Part shown: positions 1 to 12,755 of the stretch, one piece after another
How positions within the stretch are numbered: position 1 is the first letter of the stretch
Layout: every line of letters begins with the position of its first letter
NCBI GenBank assembly: GCA_900088475.1
Contig: FLMG01000355.1
Location: 248,001-312,000, forward strand
DNA length: 64,000 nt
DNA from: Hyphochytrium catenoides
Lineage: Eukaryota > Protista > Hyphochytriomycota
Reading direction: 5' to 3'
The notes under the pieces: model-generated
Database searches by the model: none
What the model saw: only the letters and a program-made list of their open reading frames with translations
Told to the model about the DNA's origin: nothing
Program-made: the position numbers and the translations under genes

Positions 1-2963
1 GAGGAGAGAAGACACAGACAGCTGTAAAGAAGGAAGGCAGCAAAGCCGTGGAAGAAGGAGGTAAAAGCGGGGACGAAGTCCGAGAACCAGAAGGCGTGGA
101 GCTGACAAAAGCTCCACAGCCTCAGAGGTAGGCCAGCTCCTAGCTTCTTAGAATCTTACCCCTTTCACTCTCTTGTATCTCTCAGATGCTCTCTCTGTCT
201 ACCTCTCTCGCTCTCTCTTTCTCTCTCTCTCGCGCTCGCTCGCTCGCATTTTCTTCACTTAGCTCCTTTTCTCTTCTTTTTTTTGTCTCTCCCGCATCTC
301 TGGCTGATAGAGTCCCTTCCTTTCTCATTAACTCCAAGGTCTCCACGACGCGGTGTACTTGTAGACGCGGAGAACCAGCAGGAGGTGGTGGGAAGAGTGA
401 CGTCATCCCTTCAGATCTGCGGTACAGCGGTGGTGATTGCTATTGGCTACTATCAGATGACCTCACTCTTCCTAGAGTTCCAACTGGACTGGCCGGGCTC
501 CATCAAAAAGTGAGGATATAGAGAGAGAATTGAGGACCTTCTTACCCTTTCTCCCTTTACTCTCTTCCATCTTCTACGCTGCGCTGGCCAACACCACCTT
601 ACCTTACCGTTGATGCTACCATTGACTCTTCGACGCGTATCAGTCTCATGTGAACCCTCTAAAGGTCTTCTGTCTCTGTTTATTCTCTGCCTGTCGTCTT
701 CATTTGCCTGAGATTCATTCTAAAGCGAAAAGCTATGATTTCATCGCGATATCAACGCTTACTGCAGACACATGCCAACCCTCTATTCTCCATCTCACTC
801 TCTCTCACCTCTCTCCCTTTTCTCTCTCTCTTTCTCTCTCGCGCTCTCTCTCTCTGTTTCTCTCTTTTATTTTTCTTCTTCTCCTCTCTCTCTCTCTCTC
901 TCTCTTTCTAACTCTCTCTCTTTCTAACGCTCTTTTCTTCTAACTCTCTCTCTCCCTCTCCCTCTTTTTTAACTCTCTTTTTCTCTCTCTCTCTCTCTCT
1001 TTGCCGCAAGCAGATTTTTTGATGTCTTTGGGTCTATCTTTACCATCAACTTGGCAGATCTACTAACCTCACCGGAGTGCACTTGGCGACTCAACTTCTA
1101 TCAAAAGTGGGTTGCCAGCGTCGTCTCTCCCCTTTCTCTCCTTCTCCTATTCTTTACTTGGTATGTCGCCAGTGGCATTAAGTTCCAGGACCCACAGAAG
1201 AGACGGAATGCACAAGGTGCGAGGATGGTATTGAAGCGCCATTCCACTTCTTCTTCTTCCTCATCGCTTGCTTCAACTCTAGAAGAACTGTGTCCGTTCG
1301 GAACCGTAAACTTTTTTGCTCGAAACTCCTTCAACAGAAAACGCAAGGTTCTCTGCTTACAGATCTCTATCTCTTCCAGTCGATCTGCCTCTATCTCACC
1401 AATCCCCTTCTCTCTCTCTCTCTTCTCCAAATTTGCTCTATCGATCCCTCATAGACCGTTGCATCACGGCGGGAGTGGTAGTGATGACGATCATGTACGT
1501 TTTAGCCACTGCCAAGACCATTCAGCCTATCGTCTGCACTTCACAGCCCAATGGCATCAGCACCATGGACGCTCAGCCTAACATTCAGTGTTGCAACTGG
1601 TTCCTGGATGGCTGCCAAAAAGAGGAAGAGAAACAATTTCTTCTCTTCTCCTTTGCATCTGTCGTCTGCTTTCTTCTCTATGGTGTGGGGCTGCCCCTCT
1701 TCCTGTTTAGGAAGATGCAGAAAGCAAAAAGGCTTAACCTACTGGGAGATGGAAACTTTATTCAACGCTATGGCTGGCTCTGTAAGTCGAAGCTGAAGAA
1801 TGTGAAAACCCGGACGCAGAAAGAGAGTAGAAAGGACAGATCAGATGATAAGAGAGAACAGAAAGGGGACAAGAGAGAGAGAGAGAGGGAAGGAGAGAGA
1901 GAGCGAAGACTAAGAACGCATCTCTTCAATATCTTCGAGCTCGAAGTCCGATACTTCTTCTCTAAGTCNNNNNNNNNNNNNNNNNNNNNNNNNNNNNNNN
2001 NNNNNNNNNNNNNNNNNNNNNNNNNNCTTCTCATTGTGCTGATCAAGGTCATTTGGGCCAAGCAGGGTATCACACAGGCACAATGTTCACTAGCAGTGTT
2101 AGCTATCGGCTTTGTGCTTCAGTGCCGTGTGAAGCCTTTCGTCTGCTTCTACTGCCTGCAGGCAAAGAAAAGGCGCTGTAGACACTGGTAAGGAAACTCC
2201 AGAAAGTGAAATGGAGAAAGACGTGATGAGAACGACACAAATCAAAGTGCATTAAGGAGGAAGAGAACTAACGGAGCAGAAGAAGGCAGCTCTGGGCCAG
2301 AGTGTGGCGTTAGAAGAAAGAGAGCTTGAGCCTAATCGACGATGTTTACTTAACCTAACTTTACCGTCCACCTCTCTCTGAAATAGGAGCGCCAATGATA
2401 AGCTGGAAGCTGGTTCTCTTGCCTCCTCTATCGCTGTGTTGACCGTTCAGTTGGTTGATGTCTCCCCCTATTCTTCGTCATCTACGGATCAGGTTGGAGG
2501 AATCCTTATCTTCACCATCATTGGGCTGAGCAGCTTGTACATCGCAAAGGTGAAGCCGCCTTCTCTCTTCCCATCCAAACATCTTTATTTACTGTTCCTC
2601 CATCACGGTGTGCGATATATTGCAAACTGGAAGAGAAGATTGCACAAGCACACATACACAGAGACATAGAGAGAGAGAGAGTTCGCTTTTTTTCATGGGC
2701 GCCTGTCCTTGTCTGTCTTCTTGCACCGCTTATGCCTCTGTATGGCTGCGGCAGTCAAAGAGTCAAAGATGCCTTTCCTGAGCTAATCAAGGGTCTGACA
2801 TTCACTGTCTTCCTGCTTCTGCTTGTGTCATCTCTGTCAGGTACTTATCTTCAGTCTGATCGAGCAGAATAGGGAGACCAGGAGACTGGCCAAGGAGGGG
2901 ATGCTTGATACTACCGGAGACAATGTCGCTCAGTTACAGCGAGCTCTGAACTTAGCAACCTAA
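1..2963 (+). CDS. Multi-exon polytopic membrane protein, 3' part only (protist-type C-terminal multi-TM domain)
   Basis: In-phase GT-AG exons (~1-127, 339-509, 1014-1216, 1454-1781, ~2027-2187, 2387-2549, 2841-2963) join into hydrophobic helices: VVIAIGYYQMTSLFLEFQLDWP, LADLLTSPEC, IQPIVC...DAQPNIQC, LYGVGLPLFLF, RYGWL, VKPF, NDKLE. TAA stop at 2961-2963. The 5' end lies outside the window and one junction falls in an N gap. Confidence 0.75.
790..1000. repeat. (CT)n imperfect microsatellite in intron
   Basis: Long CT-rich run visible directly. Confidence 0.9.
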
Positions 2964-3601
2964 ACAAAGTCCATATCCGTCCTTACAGTTCGTAGTTCAG
3001 GGCTACCCGGGCTAGCAGCACAAACATAGATTAGAGGAAAGGACGCTTCAGCTACGTAGCGGCCCACCTTAGCAGTTTGCTCCAGGAGAGCGGGAATGTT
3101 ATCCTGTTGGTTATGAAGAAGTATTAGCTATTTATTAACAGTGATGAAGTGACACTCTACGCTTTGCCCACGTATTGCTCTTCTGGACCTGAGTTCTTAC
3201 ACTTATCGGGAGTCTCTCCGCCACTAAAGCGTGCTTAATGACGGGAAGGATCAGAGTGGGGACAGGGAGGTAGCCCGAGAGGTGCCAAGTCACTTGGAAT
3301 TAGCTAAATTATGTCGTTCACCGGCTTCCACATTTTGTGGACAGTAGAAGCCGTAACAAACTAAAATGAAGGAAATGCCTTCGCTCCATTAAGTGGAAGC
3401 CATATCAACGATCAAGGCCTAGAGCGGAGAGAGATTTCATGGACAATGACGTCGTGGAGCAATATAACAGAGGAACCGATACAGACAAAAAAGAGGGGAG
3501 AGAGAGAGAAAGAGAGAGAGAGAGGGAGAGAGGGGAGCGAACGAGCGAGAAAGAGCGCAACAAGAGCCACAACAAGACACATCAACTACTTCTTCATCTG
3601 T

Positions 3602-6600
3602 TTATCTTACAAGTGATACTACATCTCTGTCATTATCCTGGCAGAGGCAGGCACTTCTGATGGCACTAATCCACTCAGAGCGAACCTGAGGATCGAAGAC
3701 TCTGAGAATCAACCTCCTTTCTCTCTTTCTATCTCCACTCTCGTCTCCTTTGTCTTCTAAGGCAGTCACTACTGCAAACATAGAGGAACCGGCAAGTTCC
3801 AGGACTGTAGAGGCAGAAGTGAGTATTAAAAGCTCCCGGACGGGGGTGTCCGGCCGTTTGCTACACCGCAACTGGTTACCTAATGGGATCATGCATATGG
3901 GTGAAGACAATGCGGGCAATAAAGGTTAGACGATATCGGTCGCCGAAATGTGAGGGGCCAAGGATAAGGCATGCACAAAGACTGACAGGGTGGAGATGGA
4001 GTGTCTCGCAGCAAGATACCAGCGCCAAGATCTGTTCAGTGAGAGAGCTGGAGTAGCAGAGAGAGAGAGAGAGGAAGGGATAGGGAGTGGCTCCCCTTAC
4101 CTTGGACCACGCAGTATCTCCTCCTCCACAGAGGATTATGTCTTGCACTTTTCTTATCCAAATATCCTTCTTTTAGGATTAGGCTCGGGAGGGAGTAGAT
4201 AGACAGAGGGCGAACAGGGCTAGGGTTGAAGGGAGAACTGTCCATATCTGATCCTCCTCCCGCGGAGCAAGGAGAGACAGGGGCAGAAACACTCTCCTGT
4301 CTTCGAAGACGCGGTGAGTGCTGAAATATCTCTGCCGAAGCCCACCGATCTCTCTTGAATCGGTCCTCTTCTTTTTCTTGCCACCCCTCGCCTTCCTTTC
4401 CAGTTCCTCCCATCCGTGGCTCATTCTCCAATGGCTCTGCACTGCCTGTGGAATGCCTCCAAGAGCTATTCGGTAGAGACTTTCCGCTCAGGCTACTTCG
4501 AAGGACGCTTGTGGGGAGGACCATGTCTTTATCCGGTGGTAGCACAAAGGGGGCCTCCGCCCGCACTGTAAGGAAATGATGAGCGATTAGAACCTTCTCT
4601 CAGTTCGGACTTCTTTGAAAGGTTATTTTCCCCATTTTCAGTTTCCGCCGCTCCTCTTCTAGTCCTTCTTCCTTTACTTAGGCCCGTTCATTACCTTCTC
4701 CCTTCTCTGCCCTATCGTCTTCCATCTCTCACTCCCAGTTCGTCCTATCTCCCATCCTTTTCTAGAGCCTTTAGATCTACCACATCCCTTCTTACATCTG
4801 CTAATAGCTGGAGATATGGCGCTCTTCTGCCCTTCATGCCATTGCGGCGTACTCGCAGAAGAGATAGAGACTGATGGGGCCTGGGCACTGCTACCAGGAA
4901 CGTGGTCCAAGATGTTAGTGCTTGATCATACGCAGCAAATAGTGGGAAACGAAGACGCAGGCAACAAAAAAATTACGGCCAAGAAGCTAAGAAGCGAAAT
5001 GAAGAGTTAAGACTAAGCCCAGAAACTATCGAAGCAGAGACGATAAAGAACTTAGAAAATCGAAGATACCCAAAGGGATCGTTGAGAGATATGCACGCTC
5101 GCACCTGAAAAATCGCTTTAGATTTAATGGGTCCGGAGGTTCGTCTCTTAGGACCTCCTGGCTCTTGGATCTGTGTAACCCATTTGTCCGGGAGATCCTT
5201 TCGTGAGCCCTATCTAGCGCCGCAGAGTGGTCAGATGAAATATTCCTTTTCTCAGACTCCATGGAGAGAACTGGGTTTCCAAAGGCGTCGTCATGCGACA
5301 GCCTATGTGAGGCCTTCTTTTCCGTGTCTATTGTTAGGTGAGATTTTACAAGGTCGCGCTCTAGCCTCTCCCAATCAGAGTCTGAAGGCTCGCCCTTAAA
5401 GGCTCCACCATACTCCAGCGGAAGGTGTTCTTCATCGATCACCGAGAGGAGAGCCTCCGGAGTCTAATGGCGATCAGTTGGCAAGGTGCGGAGAGGGATC
5501 AAAAACAAGCGGGGTCAGAAGGAGCAAACCATTCAGTAGTAAGGGTAGTCGGGGCTGTGGGAGTATAACGTGCAGCACGGAGATGTTAAAGGATGAGCTG
5601 AAGCCTAAGCATGGGACATTACGTGGAGCGCAAGCTCGAATGAGAAGAGAAGCAGGAGCCTCGTACTCACCTCGCTCTCGCTCAAGATAGTGACCTTTCT
5701 CCTAGACTCCTCGCTCACGCAGCCCTTCATCATCCTCCACATTGTGTGAAACCAAGATGGCACATTTACTAGGAAACAACGGTAGGCGCGTTGAGGATAG
5801 TGTGTCTGTAGCGTCCGCATACATTCCCTTCCGAAGTCTAAAAGCTACGGTGAACACGGGAAAGGCTATTCGTCAGGTCAAGAATAATGAAGTCCGAATG
5901 CTTTAGAGCTGCTAACAAAACATATTAGACCCGCAACGAAGAACTAGAGAGACAAGAGCGATCTTTATGGCAGGAATAAGGTTTACGCTGAAGTAGTAAG
6001 TTCGGGAGCATCCAGCGGCTAAAGGAAGCACCAGATGCTTGAGTAAAGACAAGCATTGGAATGCACGACAAATTTGAGAATAAGTAGAGGAGGAGTAAGG
6101 GAAGAGTCCTTTGGCTCTTACATCTCCAGATAGCGCTCTCATACCAACACCCTGGAAGTCCATGATAATGACTAGCTTGCATGTCTCGCTAGCTCTACAG
6201 CTATCACAGGGACAAACCCTACAAGCGACGTGGTTGACGATGAACTCCATGTTGAAGATGTAATGGCGGAATAGGTCTTGGAGAGCAAGGCCTAACAAGG
6301 TTAAAGCCATGAAAGCACAGAAGACAGAAGGAGAGACGAGCGGAACGGAAGGAGAAAGTCAGCCCTAGCTCATAGGGGAAGCCTTGTACGCACCCAGCAA
6401 TCCAAAAAGAAACCCAAGATAGCCGGACAAATAGTAGTTGTGACAGAGGTTGCGTATACTATGAGGAGAAAAGAAGCATGGACCCAAGGTGACTGCAAGC
6501 TGTCGGCTGTGAAGGAAATAGACTAAAGATGGATGGTGTAAGCTAATGCAAGGTTAAAATAGTGCGTGACCTGATGCTCTGAGTCGCTTGAAGTCTATCG

Positions 6601-9600
6601 CTCCCACTTTCTCCACGTACACTGGATGCCCTAGCTTGTCCTGACACATTATGTAGTGCGGGAAGAGCCTGGGCAAGAAGAAGTTAGCTTTTCATTGTTC
6701 CCCGCATCATCTTCTGTGCTGCAAAATCTCCGGGTCTGTAGCTGCCTAAGGTGCTTTAGCCTCTTGGGGCCCCCGAAAACCCTTATCTATGGTCCTTTCC
6801 TCTCTTACCGTTTGATAATAAAAAAATGAGGTTGTGGCTCCTGAAGAATGCTGTCAACGTCCTGCTCTGCTCTCCACTGCAGCGTGCTAAGATATCGAAG
6901 GCGCGCGCGAGTAACATCACCTCCCTCCGAAAAGAGAAAGCTAAAGATAGACCCAGCAACGCTTGTGAGACTAGGCTCTTCGCCCTACAAAGAGCTTCTG
7001 CCTGCCTCCCGACCTCCGCGCATCTTAACCTCTTTCCTTTCCAGTCTTTTTATTGACTGCTTTTCCTATCGATAGCTATTTTTTATGCCACACCTCTCTT
7101 GACCGCCTTGTGTGGTTGCAATGATCCCGCCTCTCCGGTCTCCTCACCTTTTGGGAATATCCTCGTTGAGCCCTGGTCCCTCTGCTTCTTCTGTGCCATC
7201 ACCTTCCTCCAGTTCTATCCCCTCTCGCTCGGTAGCTGAGGCTTCCCAGGCCAAGACTTTCAAAGACCACGCTGCTACGGTTCCATCGGCTTCCTCATCC
7301 CTAGCGATTGTGCTCCACCACTTCAGCAAAACCCACTTACCGTTGAGGAGAAGAGAGAAATTGAGAAAAGATCAAAGCCATCAGTCTCCATGATGCTACA
7401 AAATACTAGATGATGCATCGACCACGTACGAAGAGCTAGGAGGTAGGGCGAAAGGACAAGAAGGGCCAGAACCGAGCTGAAAATGGAGCTATTACCTGAG
7501 TAAGAGCCAAGAGGTCTATGGCTATCAAAAGCGGTACGAAACAAGATTGAAGGTAGGCAATCACATTGCCCGCAGCTATCACAAGTAACAGCACTTGACG
7601 CAGTCCGCTACCTCCGACAGCAGCACCCTTTGTTCTTAGCTTGGGGTCTGAGCTTGAGAGTTCATCTATTTCAGGAAGAGCGTTCTCCCGATAAAATCGC
7701 AACTCCAGCCTACAAAGGATCAGACCGGACCAAAACCAACTTAGTGATCTAGGAAGAAGACACTGGAGGTGAACGAATGAGAAGGCAACTCGGACAGTCC
7801 CCAACATCTCAACTAGAGTGATAGAACCATTCTTAGTCAGGGAGGCATTGGACTCATCATCAGCTAAATGTCTGTCGCGGCACAGTGAATAACACAAAGT
7901 CGCCTGATGGCCCACGATATTCCTCATGAAGTGAGGTGATCATCTACCTGGCCTGCCTCTTAGTGTTCTCCACCACTATCCAGCAGTTACCCCCTGCAGT
8001 CTCCTGAATAAGCTCTTCACCCAGGGAAGCTACCCCGCCGTCACTAAGCTGAAAGCGGATGCTTCCTCCATAGAGTGAGCCCACGTAAACCTCATCTCCC
8101 CATGCAACGTGCTGCCTACAATAAGCGATCAAGGACCTGATGAGCCACAATAGTCATTGCTGACATAGGCTTTAGGGTCTCTCCACTCTCCTCATCTTCC
8201 TTCTCTCATCTCATTCGGATATATCCCCAGCTCTTGAGCCCCACATGTGACCCAATCGCTTTTCTGGGCTGTGATTCTTACCTTATAACTTTAGAGAACC
8301 TCCCCGGCACAGCAACAGAGATAGACTTGATTGTGGGTGCAGGGTCGCCATGAATTTCGAAGGTAAGAGGATAACCCTTTCCGTCACAATGAACGAGACA
8401 CCGAGTTCTCCCTTGTCCTGCTTCTTCCCCTTCCTCTTTCTTCATCTTCCCTTCCTCTCTCATCTGACACGTTAGGGTATGATTGAACNNNNNNNNNNNN
8501 NNNNNNNNNNNNNNNNNNNNNNNNNNNNNNNNNNNNNNNNNNNNNNNNNNCTTGACAAGAGTTGTAGATGACTTTGAGAGAGCAGAAGAAGATTTCGAAT
8601 GAGAGAGAGAAGCCCTGCTGACTGACGGAGAAAGAGACGGATTTGGCAAGGACGAGCTGGATGAAGAGGAGGAGGAAGACTTAAATAGCGATGGACTAGG
8701 AGGAATATCGTCGCCTCTATCTCCAGCTTGATAGAAAGCAATGTACATCTCGCCTCTTGTGAACCGAGGTCTCGGGCCAATGTAGCCTGATTTGAGAAGG
8801 AGTTAGAACCAAAAGAATCCAGACTAGTACAAGGAAACGGTAAGGCGTCAGGTTAGAGTCCGCTGGGTAAGCGCAAAAACTGAGTTAAAGGCCTAGTAGC
8901 GGCGAAGCCCATCCCGAACAAGAAGAGACAAGGCTATCTTTGATGGAGGACTTTAGCAAGGTGAGGAGGAAGATGGGTGTAGCCTTCATAGGCGAAGTAC
9001 CCCGAACTCACCTGAAGTGTTCCCAAGCCCTATGCGATTGTTCCAGACTTGACCATACTGGTCGATGAGACAGAGCTTGTCGCCATAGTGTACAGGAGAG
9101 CCTATAGCATAAGAAAAGAAGGCGTCAGCGGGCCTAAAAGCAAACTGTTGAGATAACAGGCCGAAAGTGCGTTGCAGCAGAAGGAGGAAGCCCCTACCGA
9201 TGGGCTTGCCCCTCAGGGAAATCACAAAGTATCGAGCTTGTTCAAACTGCAGAGACAGTGGATCGCACAGGGACGAGGGGCCTGCAGTTGGAGAGACTCC
9301 AAGTAAAGTCTCTCGCCGCATTCCCATTCCTCCTTTCCGCACTGCCTCCATGTGGTAGCCAAGGTAGCCACTCGCCGGGGCCGCGCCTCCCTCTGTGGCG
9401 GATGGGCTGGCCAAGAGCCTGATCTCATCTCCATAGCGAAGAACAGTGGTGGGAGGGCCCTGGGATATATGTAGGTAAGCTTCTCTAGATAGTTACCTTC
9501 TTACACTTTCTTCCCTTCCCCTCTCCCGCTTTCCTCCCTCTCTCTTTTTCTCTCTCTCTCTCTCTCTTGTTCCTACTATCTCTGCTCCTTCCCGGGCTGC

Positions 9601-10063
9601 GCCCCGGGGGCTCCTTCCCGGGCTCCTTCACCACTCTCTCTCTCTCTACATATATCCCCCTTTCTCTTCATATTGATTTGACGACCTGAGCCGTCTGCTC
9701 TGTGCCAGTGAACGCCCCATCTGCCATTCTGGTGATCTTTAGCTGGTACTCGGAAAACGTGCGGCGAAGCTCCTCCATCCCCTTCCTGCTCCTCCTCCTC
9801 AACCCCACCAGCGGCGCGGATCGATGGGCTACCTCCTTCACCGCCTGGCCCAGCTGCTGAGTGATGCGTCTTAGCCCTCGCCACGGCTTGTCTGGCACAT
9901 TGAAAGAAGACACCCATTAGCACGTGTCAAACAGAATGGGAGAAAAGGACAAAGTAAACCGGCACTGCATCGGCAAAAAGAAGCGAGATGACCAGAACAC
10001 ACCATTCGCATCACCGTTGGACCCCATGATAGAGGGCTCAGGGTTCATCATCGCCTCCTCCAT
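3602..10063 (-). CDS. Multi-domain lipid-binding protein: N-terminal beta-rich domain, TM segment, CRAL-TRIO (Sec14) domain, C-terminal PH domain
   Basis: About 15 in-phase GT-AG exons from ATG 10063 (MEEAMMNPEP). CRAL-TRIO motifs: RARLRYLSTLQWR, GHPVYVEKVG, IIMDFQGVG, LQTHYPQRAYRCFLVNVPSWFHTMW, IDEEHLPLEYGG. PH motifs: LKEGYLDKKS..LWRRRYCVV and RSEWISAIR. Hydrophobic segment at ~7500-7600. A short final exon ending near 3389 is possible. Confidence 0.85.
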
Positions 10064-10379
10064 TCCCTGCTCCGTTGCTGTACCCGTCCCCAGGGCCGTT
10101 GGTCCTCTCGCTCAGACATTTTCCGCCTTTCTCGCTCGGCAGAAGAAAGCGGAGTGACGATTGGATTTGAGCTATCGAGGCAGCATCCAGGAGAAGAGAG
10201 CATTGAAGCGAAGCATCCTGTCTTACGCTGGAAGGATGGAAGGGCTACTGAAGGATAACAACCCTGCGGGAGTGAGGAACGCCAACTAAACAGGAAAGAG
10301 CGAGGGATAATGGAGGCAGGACAGAGAGGAGCGTGACTCTGACAGACCTTGAAAGAGCAAAAGACGAGAGCGGCAGAGC

Positions 10380-11110
10380 AGAGTGAAAGAAGGGAGAGAG
10401 AAACTAGCATGACAGAGAGCGAGAGGCAGAAGAGAGAAGATGTGAGAGAGCAAGAGAGAGAGAGCAAGAGAGAGAGCGAGAGAGAGAGAGAGAGAGANNN
10501 NNNNNNNNNNNNNNNNNNNNNNNNNNNGGGCAGGGAGGGCAGAGGAGCAAGAAATCCACTTTTTGCGAGTTCAGTCCTCCCTCTGTCATTACCTGAGGAT
10601 TCGCCGCAGGCTATTAAAGGATAGAGGCCGCGGCTCTAGGTCTACCCAAAGGTACGCCGTTCTGGCTCTGATGCTGGGCTTGAAGTGCAGGAAAGTGCCA
10701 GACGCTGGCACCAAAAAAAAATAACACCTGCTGGTCAGTGTCCTAGCCCTTATCCGGAATCAAAGAAAGTTACATTCATTGTAAAGGGCGGTAATGCGTA
10801 CCGATTGAGGATGTGCATGGTAAGATGATGGAGCCTACATAAGGAGGGGACGGGCAGATGATGAGAACACTGATCGACAGATTTGTCAGGCTCTCCAGAG
10901 ACAAGAGAGACACAGCAGGCTTGTTGCCTCGTCAAGGGCAGCCTGCCAGGGCTTGCCAGGGCTTAATTAAAAGGAGTGAGACCGGGACTCAGAGAGAGAG
11001 AGAGAGAGANNNNNNNNNNNNNNNNNNNNNNNNNNNNNNNNNNNNNNGGAGAGAGGGAGAGAGAGAGGGAGAGAGAGAGAGAGCGAGAGGGAGAGAGCGA
11101 GAGGGAAGGA
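10380..11110. repeat. Two (GA)n microsatellite tracts, each containing an assembly N gap (10498-10527, 11010-11047)
   Basis: GA runs flank the N stretches. Confidence 0.9.
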
Positions 11111-11573
11111 AGCGGAAGCAAGCGGGAGAAAGACAGGTAAACGCAAGAAAGGTTGGGCTGCGAGGACAAATAGAAGTGAAGCAGACGGAGTGAGAGCGCT
11201 ACGTATACTTCCACTTTGAGTGAGCTTTTTGGGTGTTCAGCCCAGTGGTAGCGGAAGCTAGGATTGGTGCACTCAATTAACTATACTGCTTTATAAGCTT
11301 GAAACGGAAATACCAAGTAGTACCTTTCCAGACAGTCGGCCAGCCAAGCTTGGTGATGACTCCGCCCGTCAAGCGGCAAAACAAAGAAAAGAAGCTCTTG
11401 AGAGGACCAGGATACATTTTGCTTGATGCCTGTGCCTTCCGGCCTAACGAGAAACTGGCACCTTTGAGTAGGACCTGACGCAATCTCTTTATTGATGGCT
11501 TCGACATGCGAATCAGGAACTGCAAGAAGCGCCCGAATCGCCATTGCTCAGCATCTCCTGGTCGAAGAGTCAC

Positions 11574-12755
11574 CTAGCTGAGGGCCATGGGACAGAAGGC
11601 AGAGGTCGGAGACTGTGGCTGAGAGCCAATCTCTGCAGATGAAGCGTTCTGAGAGAGCGATTGCACGTTGCGGTCTTCCTCACCACTGACAATGGAGATC
11701 TTTTGAAGGCTCAGTCTATTGACAAGTCCCGCAGATTTTGGACTCATGGCATTTCCTTCCATTTCCGATGGTTGAAGAGAGCAGGAAGGGGGTGAACCGA
11801 TGTAACGCAGCAGTGCGTCTTCCTCTCTAGAGACCACATGCTCATCGTAGTCCCGTCGCTGGTAGTCAACATGGACGAACGCGCGCTCAACCTGGTCCAG
11901 CTGCTCCAACTTGAACTGCAGCAGAAGGGCGATGTCATGGGCTTCTTTGACTGTCATATCTGAGGGTAATATGACCTCGAGCTCCACTAGGTATTTGCTC
12001 CCAAAATGATAGGCTCGGATAATATCAGGGGACATTGCTGGGTGATGCATCTCTGCCATGCGTTTGACTTCGCTGATAAAGTCATCGTCCGCTGCGACAC
12101 CGACTAATTGCAGCACCTGCTCCCTGGCAGTGAATCCCCAGGAGATACCAATGAAGATAAAGATAGCTATAGCACCGCAGGCATCCAAGTACCAGAGGCT
12201 TGAATAGGAGGCAGAGATCGCAAAGGCCAACACGGCGAAGCTGTTACTAATCACGTCGTTGCGATTGTCTTGCGCTATGGCGCTGACTGCTGAAGAGTGA
12301 TGCAGCTTCCCCACCTCCTTGCAATACAAGTAGAGAAAAAACTTTGTCACAATTATTACAGAGGCAATAGCCAATGCCGCCACTGACATGTGAGGACTTT
12401 CAATGTCTCCATCCGCAAACCCTTTGACAAGCTTGGTGACAGACTCTTGAACCATGATAACCGCACTGATCCCCATCAAACTTGCAGCAATAATCACCGA
12501 GACTGCTTCGTAGCGTGATTTACCGGCAGGATACTGCGTGTAGTCAACCTTCCTGGAATTGACGCCGCTCCACCAGAGAAGAGACTGCACCACTAGATCA
12601 ATCACATTCTCAATAACTGACGAGAGCAGGGCCAGAGACGAGCTTCGAATGGCTATAGCAAGCATCGACGCTACCACCGTAACGTTGATGGCGAGGGATA
12701 GTCGCAGCGAGAAGGCGATATGCCAGGGAGATTTTAACCGTGTCAAGAGCTCCAT
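11574..12755 (-). CDS. Cation diffusion facilitator, Mn-CDF / metal tolerance protein (MTP8/MTP11-like)
   Basis: Single 393-aa ORF with about 6 TM helices, YPAGKSRYE, and a C-terminal dimerisation domain (RAYHFGSKYLVELEVILP...EAHDI...VERAFVHVDY) characteristic of the Mn-CDF group. An upstream exon is possible (AG acceptor just before the ATG). Confidence 0.92.
   Translation of the reverse strand: MELLTRLKSPWHIAFSLRLSLAINVTVVASMLAIAIRSSSLALLSSVIENVIDLVVQSLLWWSGVNSRKVDYTQYPAGKSRYEAVSVIIAASLMGISAVIMVQESVTKLVKGFADGDIESPHMSVAALAIASVIIVTKFFLYLYCKEVGKLHHSSAVSAIAQDNRNDVISNSFAVLAFAISASYSSLWYLDACGAIAIFIFIGISWGFTAREQVLQLVGVAADDDFISEVKRMAEMHHPAMSPDIIRAYHFGSKYLVELEVILPSDMTVKEAHDIALLLQFKLEQLDQVERAFVHVDYQRRDYDEHVVSREEDALLRYIGSPPSCSLQPSEMEGNAMSPKSAGLVNRLSLQKISIVSGEEDRNVQSLSQNASSAEIGSQPQSPTSAFCPMALS

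Noticed and set aside
1969-2026. N runs (also 8489-8550, 10498-10527, 11010-11047, 42279-42313)
   Set aside because: Assembly gaps, not biological features.
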